A stretch of 64,000 bases of DNA from Octopus sinensis (Eukaryota). A program made the translations under genes and the position numbers. Below, piece after piece: positions 12,554 to 24,120 of the stretch; within the stretch, counting starts at the first letter, position 1, and every line of letters begins with the position of its first letter. The stretch is taken from assembly GCF_006345805.1 (NCBI RefSeq), contig NC_042999.1, positions 73,718,001 to 73,782,000 on the forward strand. Direction: 5' to 3'. The notes beneath the pieces were generated by a model. It did not search any database. It saw only the letters and a program-made list of their open reading frames with translations, and was not told the origin of the DNA.

Positions 12554-13090
12554 ACACTGAACTGCAAAAGAAACACGAGATGTGATTGTGAGATATGTTT
12601 TAATTTCATTATGTCAGAGATAAATTTTGATAGATCTGATAAAGTCAATTTCTTAGATGCACTTTGACCACAGTCTATGGGTCATTGTCATGTGTTTTGG
12701 TGGTGGGTGGATCCAGCACATCGAGATTGTAGGGTGTGACATGTTCAATACTGCCTATACCCTCCCTGGGTGTTCAAAATAGCTACAGACTGTTGCTACA
12801 TGAAGTGCATGAGGTGGTTTGCAAATGTCATTGGCACCTGTGCCTACACCCTGAGGAAAGCTGCTTCCAGTCCCATACAAGTTGTTAGCCTTGGGACCAC
12901 CTGGTTCAGCCATCTCACTGAATTTCATTCCACAGGTATTCAACTGGGTTCAAATCCAGGCTGAGAGCCAGCCATGGCATGATTCTGATGTGCTGACGCA
13001 AGAAATCCATGGTGACCCTGGCCACGTGGGAGGGAATATTGTCCTGCTGGAACATGTGGCTATGTTGATGTGTGAAGAAGGGTATGAAGG
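12554..13090 (-). mobile_element. Tc1-family 3' fragment
   Basis: Minus-strand QQDN...PWLALSLDLNPVEYLWNE; TIR-like TA|CACTGAACTGCAAAAG at ~12553. Confidence 0.8.
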
Positions 13091-13769
13091 TGATGTCTTA
13101 GGATCTATATCTCTCTCTTCCTATATTCAAACATCCCATTTATATTCTGATCCTTTCCTTAAAACACTACTCTCACCTCATTCATATAAACTTTGCTTAC
13201 TCCTTATAATTTCACCATTAAAATTAAATTGCATGCTTAAATTTCTTACATTAAAAACTCTTAAATTCTATTTTGGATGCTGTTCTATAACCATCAGCAC
13301 TCTCACTGTTTTCAAGACCAATTTTTCTTAGCTTTATTTCATAGTTACGCATTACCACTTCTCTCACTCCACACAGATTACTTTATTGGTACACAAAACT
13401 GAATCTTGTCCAATCTCTGCTTTTAATATTTGGTCCCTTCCAATATGAGACTCGGACAATGTTTACAATGAGATATAGTTCTTCCTTCAAAATTTGCAAA
13501 ATTAGTCAGAAATGAAATTTCTAAGATCTTATCTGATATATCCTACATAAATTATCTTTTACTTTCTTACAGACAGCAAGTATATATGACTGGTACAAGA
13601 ACTCATTTTTAACTTAATTTCCAGAGAGTGGGGGTCAAATCTAATCAATATATTAATACAATTATATGGCTGAAAAGTTTAAGAGAAAGTTTAGCAAAAG
13701 AAAACTTGTAGTATCTTAGAATTTAAAAACATCTTTTAACTTTTAGTCAAATTAATCCTATTTTTTAAA

Positions 13770-14040
13770 CCTGGTACTTATTCTATAAGTGTCTTTTGCT
13801 GAACTACTAAGTTACAGGAACATAAAGAAACCAACACCAGTTGTTAAGTGATGGTAGGGATCAAACACAAACATGCATATAAATACACGTGTTTCTTTCA
13901 GTTTCAGCCTACCAAATCCATTCACAAAACTTTGGTTGCTCAGTGCTATAGTTGCATAAACTTGCCTAAGTAACAAGCAGTGGGACTGAACTTAAACCAA
14001 CGAGTGAGAAGCAACCTTCTTACAAGTCACCATGCTAGTG
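13770..14040 (-). mobile_element. tRNA-derived SINE, decayed (family of 23728-24120)
   Basis: Reverse-complement similarity to the SINE body (TTTCAGTTTC..CTACCAAATCCA, CTGGTACTTATTCTAT). Confidence 0.7.
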
Positions 14041-14356
14041 CATATATATATAAATGATATGCATGTATGATATATATGACAGGCTTGATACTGAACCTGA
14101 AAGCATGTGATGTGAACAACACAATTATATATATATTTAGTATTACAAATTTGGGATCTTACCAACAGAACCACAACTCCTATTTCAGTACAACCTTATT
14201 GTCTGGAATACACATAGAAAGTTATATCCTATATAATAATAAAATAATATAGGCATTTTAAAACCTACTATAAAGTACAATAAAATTATTTTAAAAACTT
14301 ATCAAATATTTGAAAAATATATAAAAACTTATAAAATATTTGAAAAAAATATATAA

Positions 14357-16258
14357 TTTGCCAATGTTCTGCGCCGTGAGGATGAAAGACTTGAGGTATT
14401 TCGTGTTGCAAGACAGTGTGTGAGAGAGAATCGTGATGTGGTAGGAGAGAAATGTGTTCGCAAGGACGATGGTTCACTTGCGCTAAATGAGGATGCAAAG
14501 AGAGAGGCTTGGAGACGCCACTATGAAAGGTTGCTGAATGAGGAAAATGAATGGGATAAAGAGAGTCTGCCGAATGTCGACCCAACAGAGGGACCAGCAA
14601 TCCGAGTTAACAGTTCCTTAGTAGTTAAGGCAATTACAAGCATGAAAACAGGGAAAGACCCAGGCCCATCAGGAATTACTGCAGAGATGCTCAAAATATC
14701 TGGTAGTGTCGGCTATAGCCTAGTCACCCGTATAGTTAACCAGGTGATACACGAAGGAGTCATACCCAATGACTGGTGTAGCAGCATAATAGTCAACTGC
14801 TACAAAGGTAAAGGTGACGCCCTAGATACAAATAACTACAGGGGTATCAAGCTGCTGGATCAGGTAATGAAGGTTACGGAGAGGGTTATAGCCCAATTAA
14901 TTAGAGAGAGAGTTAGCTTAGATGAGATGCAGTTTGGGTTCGTGCCAGGGAAAAGTACTACTGATGCTATATTCCTGGTAAGACAGCTGCAGGAGAAATA
15001 CCTAGCCAAAGATAAGCCCCTGTATCTGGCTTTTGTTGACATGGAGAAAGCCTTTGACAGGGTCCCCCGATCCCTTATCTGATGGTCAATGAGGAAACTA
15101 GGGATAGATGAATCGTTAGTGAGAGCTGTGCGAGCTATGTACAGAGACGCTGCTAGTAAGGTGAGGGTTGGCAACGAGTACAGTGAAGAATTTCGGGTAG
15201 AGGTTGGGGTCCACCAAGGTTCAGTCCTCAGTCCCCTCCTATTTATCATAGTCCTCCAGGCAATAACGGAGGAATTCAAGACAGGATGCCCCTGGGAGCT
15301 CCTTTATGCTGATGACCTTGCTCTAATTGCTGAGTCACTATCAGAACTGGAGGAGAAGTTTCAGGTGTGGAAACAAGGATTAGAATCGAAGGGCCTTAGA
15401 ATCAACCTAGCCAAAACCAAAGTCCTAATAAGTAGGAAGGTGGACCAATCACAAACGACTTCAGGTAGACGGCCCTGCTCGATCTGTAAAAAAGGTGTAG
15501 GTAGAAACTCTATAAGGTGCACCAAGTGTAAGCTATGGACACATAAGAGGTGCAGCAATGTCAAAGGAAGGCTAACTAGGAAAATAGTTTTTGTCTGTGG
15601 CAGATGCTCAGGAGCAATAAACACTGGAAATGTGCAGAGACCAACTTCTACCACATTCCAGGGAGACAAACTAGAAGTAGTTGATAGCTTCCGCTACCTA
15701 GGTGACCAAGTCAGTAGCGGGGGTGGGTGTGCTGAAAGTGTAACTGCTAGAGTAAGAATAGCCTGGGCAAAGTTTAGAGAGCTCTTACCCCTGCTGGTGA
15801 CAAAAGGCCTCTCGCTCAGAGTAAAAGGTAGACTGTATGATGCATGTGTGCGTACAGCCATGCTACGTAGTAGTGAAACATGGGCTGTGACTGCTGAGGA
15901 TATGCGTAAGCTCGCAAGAAATGAAACCAGTATGCTCCAATGGATGTGTAATGTCAGTGTTCATAATCGACAGAGTGTAAGTACCTTGAGAGAAAAGTTG
16001 AACCTAAGAAGCATCAGTTGTGGTGTGCAAGAGAGACGTCTGTGCTGGTATGGTCATGTGACGAGAATGGCTGAAGATAGTTGTGTGCAAAAGTGCTGCA
16101 CCCTAGCAGTTGAGGGAACCTGTGGAAGAGGTAGACCCAGGAAAACCTGGGACGAGGTGGTGAAGCAGGACCTTCGAACTTTAGGTCTCACCAAGGAAAT
16201 GACTAGAGACCAAGACCTATGGAAGTATGCTGTGCGTGAGAAGACCCGGCAAGACTAG
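14357..16258 (+). pseudogene. RTE reverse transcriptase ORF (endonuclease lost by truncation; one premature stop)
   Basis: Motifs YKGKGD..NYRGI, QFGF, FVDMEKAFD, GVHQGSVLSP, YADD, FRYLG and GRGRPRKTW lie in one frame, with a single TGA at 15080-15082 (likely from TGG). Confidence 0.95.
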
Positions 16259-16464
16259 TGAGGCCATAACCCGTGGCCTCTACCTGGTATGTAGCCAGTC
16301 GACTTATACATACCTTTCCTTCTTGGGACACAAAACTCCACTTGTGAAGACCCGTTGAGGCAAGTGAAAATCAAAAAATCAAAATCAAAATCAAATCAGA
16401 TATCAGAAAGCAGAACCAAAATCGAAGTCGCTCAACATCAATGGAAATTGCAGCTGTGATACCA

Positions 16465-16868
16465 GTGCCGGTGACAAGTAAGCGAACCATCCGATTGTGG
16501 CCGTTGCCAGCACCACGCCGACTGGCCTCCGTGCCAGTGGCACGTAAAAGCACCATCCATTCGTGTCCGTTGCCAGCCTCGCCTGGCCCCCGTGCCGGTG
16601 GCACATAAAAGCACTATCCGTTCGTGGTCGTTGCCAGCCCCGCCTGGCCCCCGTGCCGGTGGCACATAAAAAGCACCATCCGTTCGTGGCCGTTGCCAGC
16701 GCCGCCCCGACTAGCCTCCGTGCCGGTGGCACGTAAAAGCACCATCCGTTCGTGTCCGTTGCCAGCCTTGCCTGGCCCCCGTGCCGGTGGCACATAAAAG
16801 CACCATCCGTTCATGGCCGTTTGCCAGCACCGTCTGGCACCTGTGCGGGTGGCACGTAAAAAGCACCC
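16465..16868 (+). repeat. Tandem array of 61-67-bp GC-rich double-hairpin units in the RTE 3' UTR
   Basis: Units start at 16465, 16531, 16592, 16653, 16720, 16781 and 16843 (partial). Consensus GTGCCGGTGGCACRTAAAAGCACCATCCGTTCGTGNCCGTTGCCAG-loop-CTGGC. Confidence 0.95.
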
Positions 16869-17393
16869 ACTACACTCACGGAGTGGTTGACGTTAGGAAG
16901 GGCATCCAGCCGTAGAAACACTGCCAGATCAGACTGGGCCTGATGCAGCCTTCTGGCTTCACAGACCCCAGTTGAACCGTCCAACCCATGCTAGCACGGA
17001 AAACAGACGCTAATGATGATGATGATGATTTACCTGTTGTTAGTCTATGGGGAAAGAAGATATTTTTAATCAATGCTACACATGTTTCTGCACAGTGGTG
17101 TGTTTTTCCAGGCTATACCTATTACATAAATCCACCAGATAGGTAGTGAAATTTTGATGTGTTTATAATATTAGTCATTGAGGGTTTCTTTATGCCTAGC
17201 ATTTTCTAGATATATCGGTACTGTATTTTTAAGTGTTTAATTTTATTAATTTAATATTTTAATTTTTTTTATTTTAAAAAATATATTTGTAAGTTATATA
17301 TTTTTATTTATATTCTTATTTTTCTATTTAATATGTATTAGAATATGTAGTTTTAACTTTGATCCGTTAACAATAATAACAATAAGATAAATA

Positions 17394-17471
17394 GCCTGAG
17401 GACGCATTGGTGGATTTATGTAATAGGTATAGCCTGGGAAAACACACCACCAGCACAGAAACACGTGTAGC
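17394..17471 (+). ncRNA. Type I hammerhead ribozyme motif
   Basis: GC-CTGAGGA(17396-402)-55-nt stem II (TGGTGG..CCACCA)-GAAAC(17458-62)-ACGT-GTA-GC; stem I is weak. Confidence 0.6.
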
Positions 17472-18921
17472 ATTGATTAAAAATATCTTCTTTCCCCACA
17501 GACTAATAACAGGTAAAGTGTATATATTTTTTCAAATATTTTATAAATAAGTTTTTTAAATAATTTTATTGTAATTTATAGTAGGTTTTAAAATGCTAAT
17601 ATTTTATTATTACATAGGATATAACTTTCTATGTGTATTCCAGACAATAAGGTTGTCTTGAAAAATCCCAAATTTGTAATAATATTATAAATGATACTGT
17701 TTACATTGAATTAGAAAAGTCTAAAATAGTAAATGTCCTGATAACCCGAAATACTTTTTATTCCCTAAGTTTTTTAAAAATATATATGTATGTGTGTATG
17801 TATATGGTATGTGATGAGAATTTATGGAAACGTATCCCATAGAAACTCAATGAACTGTTAAAGATGGAGAAGAGATGTTAAGATTTAAAAAAGAATTTAA
17901 AACATCCATATGATGGTTTCAAACAGAAATTGCCCCTTTGGAACCCTCCAAAGTAAAGGATGAAATAGAACTCAACCTTCTCTCACACACACACACACAC
18001 ACATATATGCCATGCCTGCACCTGTTGTATAAACAAACGTAAGTAAAAACAAAAATACCTGCTCTAAGTATTTAAGCATTGGATTGCCCAGCCTGTCATC
18101 AATTCAGAAAGCATTTTATTCCACACCTCATTTTGTGTACCAAATATTAAAGTAGAGCCTAATCTAGTTTGGTACTAATGTCTTATTTTCATTAATTTCT
18201 AGGTCATAAAAAGTGAATAGGAAGAGTAAATACTCCATAACTCAGTTCACTGAACCATTATCCATACTAATGTATTAAAAGTTTCTCAAGTCAAGCAATA
18301 TATGAAACAAGGTTTTCTAATTGCTTCAGTGTATTAACACTTAATTTTATGCTCATCTATTTATGATTAACATGCATAAAAGATATATCCTAATCTTAAG
18401 AGTTGTAGTAGTGGCCTGGTTTAGTAGTTTAGAACATCCATTTAGGAACAACATTATCAATTTCAAAATTTAAAAAAGGAAAAGACATCCAAAGGAGGCA
18501 AAACTATTGAGTTCCAAAAAAGTGAAAATTTCCTATACAACAAATTGCTGGAGCTGAACAATAGAAAGCTAAAAATTTGTTTTCATTAGTCTTTAAATGG
18601 TAGGAATGGGTTACATGGGAGAAAAAAAAAAGAAGTTTTTTTTTTAAAGGCAATTTTTATGCATATCTTCAGTTTAAATAAATTCAAAATCTATAATAAT
18701 AGTTAGTCTCTCACACAATAGAATGTGCCATAAAACACACACTTTCCTTTGATGATGCCCATATCGATGTACAATTTTTGAAGCATCAATTGATAAATGT
18801 GCACTGTTCTCTAATGAAACATCAATTGACAATGCCTGCTGTTTCAGGGTTAATGGCTAAAGTCATTAATATCTGATCATGCATATTCTCAAAAGTCAAC
18901 AGTTTTACATTATTTCTAATA

Positions 18922-19222
18922 GGTCCAAGCATGGCTGTGTAGTAAGAAGTTCACATGGTTTCAGGATTAGTCCCTGGCACCTTGGGTTAGTGTGTTCTAC
19001 TATAGCCCCAGATTGACCAAAGACATGTGAATGGATTCAGTAGAAAGAAACTGAAAGAAGCCTATCATGTGTGTGTGTGTTTTTGTCTCCTTGTCTTAAC
19101 CTCACATGATAGTTGTGAATGAATGCCAATATGATTTTCAATATTCTGTGAAAATATGTTCAGGCATAGTGAAAAATTACCATGCTTGGAAACAGGTTAA
19201 TGTTGGTGATAGGAAGGGCATC
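18922..19222 (+). mobile_element. tRNA-derived SINE with RTE-type 3' portion
   Basis: Head ATGGCTGTGTAGTAAG..GGCACCTTGGG, body GAAACTGAAAGAAGCC, end GGTGATAGGAAGGGCATC. Confidence 0.7.
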
Positions 19223-19489
19223 TATATTTTCATAAACTACTTCTAGCAAATCACTTCAGCAGACACTGACTCTAGCTTACTGATAAAATAATGAACAAAA
19301 TAAATACTTGGGGAAGGATGATATGACTGACTAAAAACAGTCTTGAATGCCTGCACTATTGCCTTGAATTATAATGAATATCAAGAGACTAAAAACCAAC
19401 CGTATCCCTGATAAAAACATAACTACACACTAAATTCGTTGTGAAACTCACTACCAATTCTAACCCTCCTTACAGTAAATACCAACCAT

Positions 19490-19762
19490 CTAGATTTGGT
19501 AGATAGAAACTGAAAGAAGCCTGTCATACATGTTTGCGTGTGTGCATGTCTCTCTTTGTCTTGACATTGCATGATTGCATAAATGAATGTTATTTCTGAT
19601 ATTCCATGAAAACATATCTAGCATGGAGAAATATTACCTTGCATGGAAACAAGTAAGGGCTGGTGACAATAAGGGTATCTGACCATAGAAAATCTGCCGC
19701 AAACTCTGTCCAACCCATGTTAGAATAGAAAAGGAGATGCTAAGGCAATGTTGATGATGATG
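19490..19762 (+). mobile_element. SINE 3' fragment ending in an RTE-like tail
   Basis: GATTTGGTAGATAGAAACTGAAAGAAGCC ... TCCAACCCATG ... (GAT)n. Confidence 0.7.
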
Positions 19763-21603
19763 TATATAGATTGAATGATGTATGAAACTTTTCATTTGCC
19801 CTGAGTTTTTGCTCAATACCACCAAACAACAGAATGTGAAACTATCAAGTGCTTACTCTAAATTAAAAATGCTAAAAAAAAATTTTCTCACAATCAGCAG
19901 TTTAATTGTGTTTGATTAAGCAATTATTCTAAACTTTAATATATTTTAGTTTTGTGCAAGCATTTCTTAAGAAATAGTAACTTCAAAGTGGGATCATAAT
20001 CAAGAACATTAAACAATGTAAACTTTAAGATTCCAGAGTGTACTTTGGAGTAAGATTTTGGTGCTATTTCTAGCTGATTAAATAATTGCATAGAAGCACT
20101 TTTGACTCGAAAAGACTTGCTTTCAAACCAAAGATGTAATAAGTTTTTCTGAGATCTGTAATTTTATTGGTCTTTGTTACATCATCATTATCACTTACTG
20201 TTGTTGTAATATCCAGTTTTCCAAAATCAATATGGGTTAGATGAAACTGAGGCAGTCTTTCTGCAAATGGATATCTTTCTTGTTACTAGCCCTTACCAGC
20301 TTCCAAATAAGGTTATTATTATTGTCTTTCGAATGATGAAATTCTCAATGGCTGAACACATTTTTGCAGCAGATGTAATGAATGACACTGACTAAACAGT
20401 GACATTTTTCTACATAGAGCATAAAAATATGTCCCAACACAAACACACAATGAGCCTCTATACAGTTTCTGTTTACCAACTTCAATTAGAAGGCTTAGTT
20501 CAGACTGTCTACAGATGAAATTAGCTCATGATGCTATACAGAAAACAAACCCAACACCATGTGATTGTCCAGCAAACTTTTAATACACTTGAACATATAC
20601 TGAGGGTAGAGTATATTAGTTTAGTTGACATTTCACATTTTGTAACTTAAAGTTTTGTCTCAAATTTTCAGAGAAAGAAAATTCATTAGTTTAAATATAT
20701 GAGAAAATTAAAACAATAAGATAGATTTTGATTAATTTCAGAAAAATAATTAAAAACAAATGTATGAGAGATAAGGTAATAGAAAAATAACTATAAAGAG
20801 TAAACAATAAAGTCTACTTATAAACATTCAAGATAGATTTATTCAACCTAATAAAACATCAAGATGTTCTCAATGGACTGACTTAAAGACATGAATGCCT
20901 CACTACTAAAGAACTGTGGCATCTAAAAGACTGATGGGAGAAGAGGGCAGACGAAATTCAAGCCTTTGCTGGTTCTCACAAAGGATAGGGTTACTATGCA
21001 AGGCGAAAAAAAAAGGGATTAACCTGAGGACTCAGCAGAAAATTACGAACTATTTTGAACTTCAGTCTATCAATATAAAAGGCTGAACTCCTGTATCACT
21101 CTAAATTCAGAATACATGAACATCAACTTCCAACCCTCATCATTGTCAATCAGCTGTTAAGTGTGGCGAAAATGTTCTCATATTTGAGCAATAAGATTTC
21201 TGAAAACAGTCTGGATACAGAGAACATGAAATGCCAAATGCAGTTGGTTGTGGTCTCTTTCAGAAAGCTCAATTATTAATCATGGAAGCAATATGAAAGT
21301 AAGCTAACAATAAAATAAGAAATTTACCAAGTACTATCTTGCCTATTATATTCTATCAGGATTTGTACACCATTTTTTCAGCACATCAAAAAGCTGATGA
21401 GCTGTTTGCTGCACCAGTAACAATCTGTAATGGACATTTTTTGGCAAGACCACATCTGTAACTAGGAGGTCCTGCAGCATGCAAATATGCCGAGTGTTCA
21501 ATCTAACCTGCTGAAATCACATTTGTACTGAGTGAGATATGATCACTCGAGATAACACAAGGATCCCCAAGGCTGTGTTCTTAAACATGATGAAATATGG
21601 AAG

Positions 21604-21781
21604 CCAGTGGCACGTAAAAAGCCCCCACTACACTCACGGAGTGGTTGGTGTTAGGAAGGGCATCCAACTGTAGAAACACTACCAGACTGGAGCCTGGCAC
21701 AGCCGTCTGGCTTCCCAGATCCCGGTCGAACCATCCAACCCATGCTAGTATGGAAAACGGAGGTTAAACAATGATGATGAT
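21604..21781 (+). mobile_element. RTE LINE 3' tail fragment
   Basis: GCCAGTGGCACGTAAAAAGC..ACTACACTC..(ATG)n, matching 16845-17029. Confidence 0.85.
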
Positions 21782-22699
21782 TAAAGAGGGTATCAGAAAA
21801 TCCATAAGCATACCATTAAATGACAAGTTAGAGAAGCAGATGGCCTAATTGCAAGGAAGAAGAAAACAACTGAATGTAAACAATGGTGAAAAGCTACAGA
21901 GAAGAATAAATGTCGCAGAGTTAAATTGAATGAAACAAGAGAACAAGCAATATCCACTTCACCAGAACTACTACTAATATTCTACAATACCTTTAGAGTT
22001 GAATGGTCTACAATCTCATAAAAGAGCAAAACATCACTGATGAAGTTCCTACCTCCAATATAAAAAAAAAATTCTTTTATGACCACATCATACTTGATTA
22101 CAAGAGATAACTAAGAGAAATAATAAAGCTTCCAGTTTCAGCACAAAGCCTGAAATTTGTGGGCAAGAAAATAGTCAATTATATCAATCCCAGTACTTGG
22201 CTTAACTTTTTTTTATTGATTCTGGAAGGATAAAAGTTAAAGTTAGTCCCAGTACAAATTGAGCTAAAAACAAAAAGCCAGAAGAAAAAATATGCGCTAA
22301 CAATTCTTCCACACCAAATAGTATCAATAATAGAATATAAAATGCTACCATTGTGTTTAAAAAAAATATCACTTCCTCACTTTTATTTAAGTCAGTTGTG
22401 TCAAAGAAAACTAGTGCTGTTAAACACTGAAGGAAGAATTAAATTTAATTCTCTTTCTACAACTGAACTCGTGTTTGGCAAACAACCAACCATATCTAGA
22501 AATGAACTTAAGTTCTAATATGTTATACAGAAGGAAGTCAACAACAATTTTTTTTAATAGAAATTTAAAAGGAAACATGATTAAAAGAAAAAAAAGTTGA
22601 GGAAAATATCAAATTTATCGTTTTAATTGACAAACGCAACAACTGTTAAAGGAAGTTTTATTTTCTTTCTATAAGTTAGAGAGTAAGGAAGGGCTAGAG

Positions 22700-23330
22700 T
22701 CCATGATCACTGTAATCCACCCAAGTCTGTTAAGATTGATGCAGTTGATATTTAGTTTGAATTCCACTACAAAAAGATGTTTGTAAGAAAAGATGTTAAG
22801 TTCAGGCACAGTATTTAGTATGAGTAAATAAGATAAACTAGAGATGAGGAGTGGCTTAGACCTTGCTAGATTAGACGAGCACAGATTGTTCAAGTAGTTA
22901 AAGAAGAGGCACATAAAAGATATCTAGGATTCAGTGATCATAGCAAATAGGGGAAGGAGTCTTTTCCTATTAGTCAAATGACCTTCTTTTGGATGCACTC
23001 TCAAAGAGGTGTGTGTAGAGGTAGCATTGTAACAGACAGGGAAGCAGTACTCTATTGTGGATCACATTTGTACATTATAAAGGGTCAGCAACTGATTGAG
23101 ACAGAAATAGTTTGGGCTCTGAAAAAGAAGCATAGCTTTTGGAATGCGGTTTCAGCAACATTATATGTGATGTAACAATGGAGGATGATCAGTGATTATG
23201 AAGCCAAGCATTTATATAAACTTTGAAGGTTTTCATTGTGCATTGTTCATATGTAGGTCAGATGTAGTGCATCATTTTTTCCTTGATATATGTAGTTTTG
23301 TATCCTGATGCTGTTGAAGATTAGACTGTT
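22700..23330 (-). pseudogene. Decayed CR1/L2-like LINE C-terminal region
   Basis: Minus-strand remnant resembling LLTLY....STIEYCFPV....IQKK. Confidence 0.4.
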
Positions 23331-23506
23331 CAACCATTGAAAAAATATTTACAGGGTGTATGATGTGCCTAGGTTTATGAGGAAAACTAAAATGGAAGGA
23401 AATTAATAAGACTATTTGTTAAGAGTAACAATAAACAAGCTATTGATATACAATGTACAGAAATATGAAAGAAGACATAAACTATAGTTCAGTCTTTCAA
23501 AGTTAA

Positions 23507-23597
23507 CCTTTAGCACATTGTAGGTGCATCATGTCACAATATGTAGTAACAGGGCAGTGGCAGGGGAAACAATTCTAGAGAAAATGTGTACTAAAGG
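23507..23597. mobile_element. Miniature TTAA-flanked MITE (piggyBac-type termini)
   Basis: TTAA|CCTTTAGCACA ... TGTACTAAAGG|TTAA. Confidence 0.6.
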
Positions 23598-23727
23598 TTA
23601 ATAAAAAGCGAGTCTGTAAAAGCTTTGTCAGTGCTCACTGCAACAGGTCAATTTGAGAAACTTCTGGAGATATGATCCATAATTGAGCAACTTTACAAGG
23701 AACTTCTCATGGTATACACATGATCAA

Positions 23728-24120
23728 AGCACAGGAGTGGCTTTGTGGTAAGTAGCTTGCTTACCAACCACATGGTTCCAGGTTCAGTCCCACTGTATGG
23801 CACCTTGGGCAAGTGTCTTCTACTATAGCCTCGGGCCGACCAAAGCCTTGTGAGTGGATTTGGTAGAGGGAAACTGAAAGAAGCCAGTCATATTTATGTA
23901 TATGTAAATATATGCATGTGTGTGTGTCTTTGTCCCCCCCAACACCGCTTGACAACCGATGCTGGTGTGTTTACGTCCCTGTGACTTAGCGATTTGGCAA
24001 AAGAGACCGATAGAATAAGTACTAGGCTTACAAAGAATAAGTCCTGGGGGGTGATTTGCTCGACTAAAGACGGTGCTCCAGCATGGCTGCAATCAAATGA
24101 CTGAAACAAGTAAAAGAGTA
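23728..24120 (+). mobile_element. tRNA-derived SINE, full length
   Basis: A-box-like TGGCTTTGTGGTAAG, B-box-like GGTTCAGTCCC, central (TG)n, and tail CAAATGACTGAAACAAGTAAAAGA; homologous to 43155-43531. Confidence 0.85.

Larger units (their letters stand above)
14357..17029 (+). mobile_element. RTE-clade LINE, 5'-truncated, young copy
   Basis: One continuous RT reading frame, a 3' UTR with a tandem array, a conserved tail and an (ATG)n terminus; CpGs are retained. Confidence 0.95.
14140..17690. repeat. Long inverted repeat (PLE-like fold-back) whose left arm is split by the RTE insertion
   Basis: ~14140-14356 joined to 17030-17137 is the reverse complement of ~17408-17690. Confidence 0.88.

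Noticed and set aside
16653-16735. HDV-like ribozyme fold in the UTR unit (CCA-TCCGTTCG-TGG resembles P3/L3)
   Set aside because: I could not find a clean P1, a P1.1 GG or a catalytic C-R-A J4/2 by eye.
16465-16868. CRISPR-like appearance (palindromic repeats with variable segments)
   Set aside because: The variable parts are only 6-11 nt and related to each other, there are no cas genes, the context is eukaryotic, and the array is part of a LINE 3' UTR.
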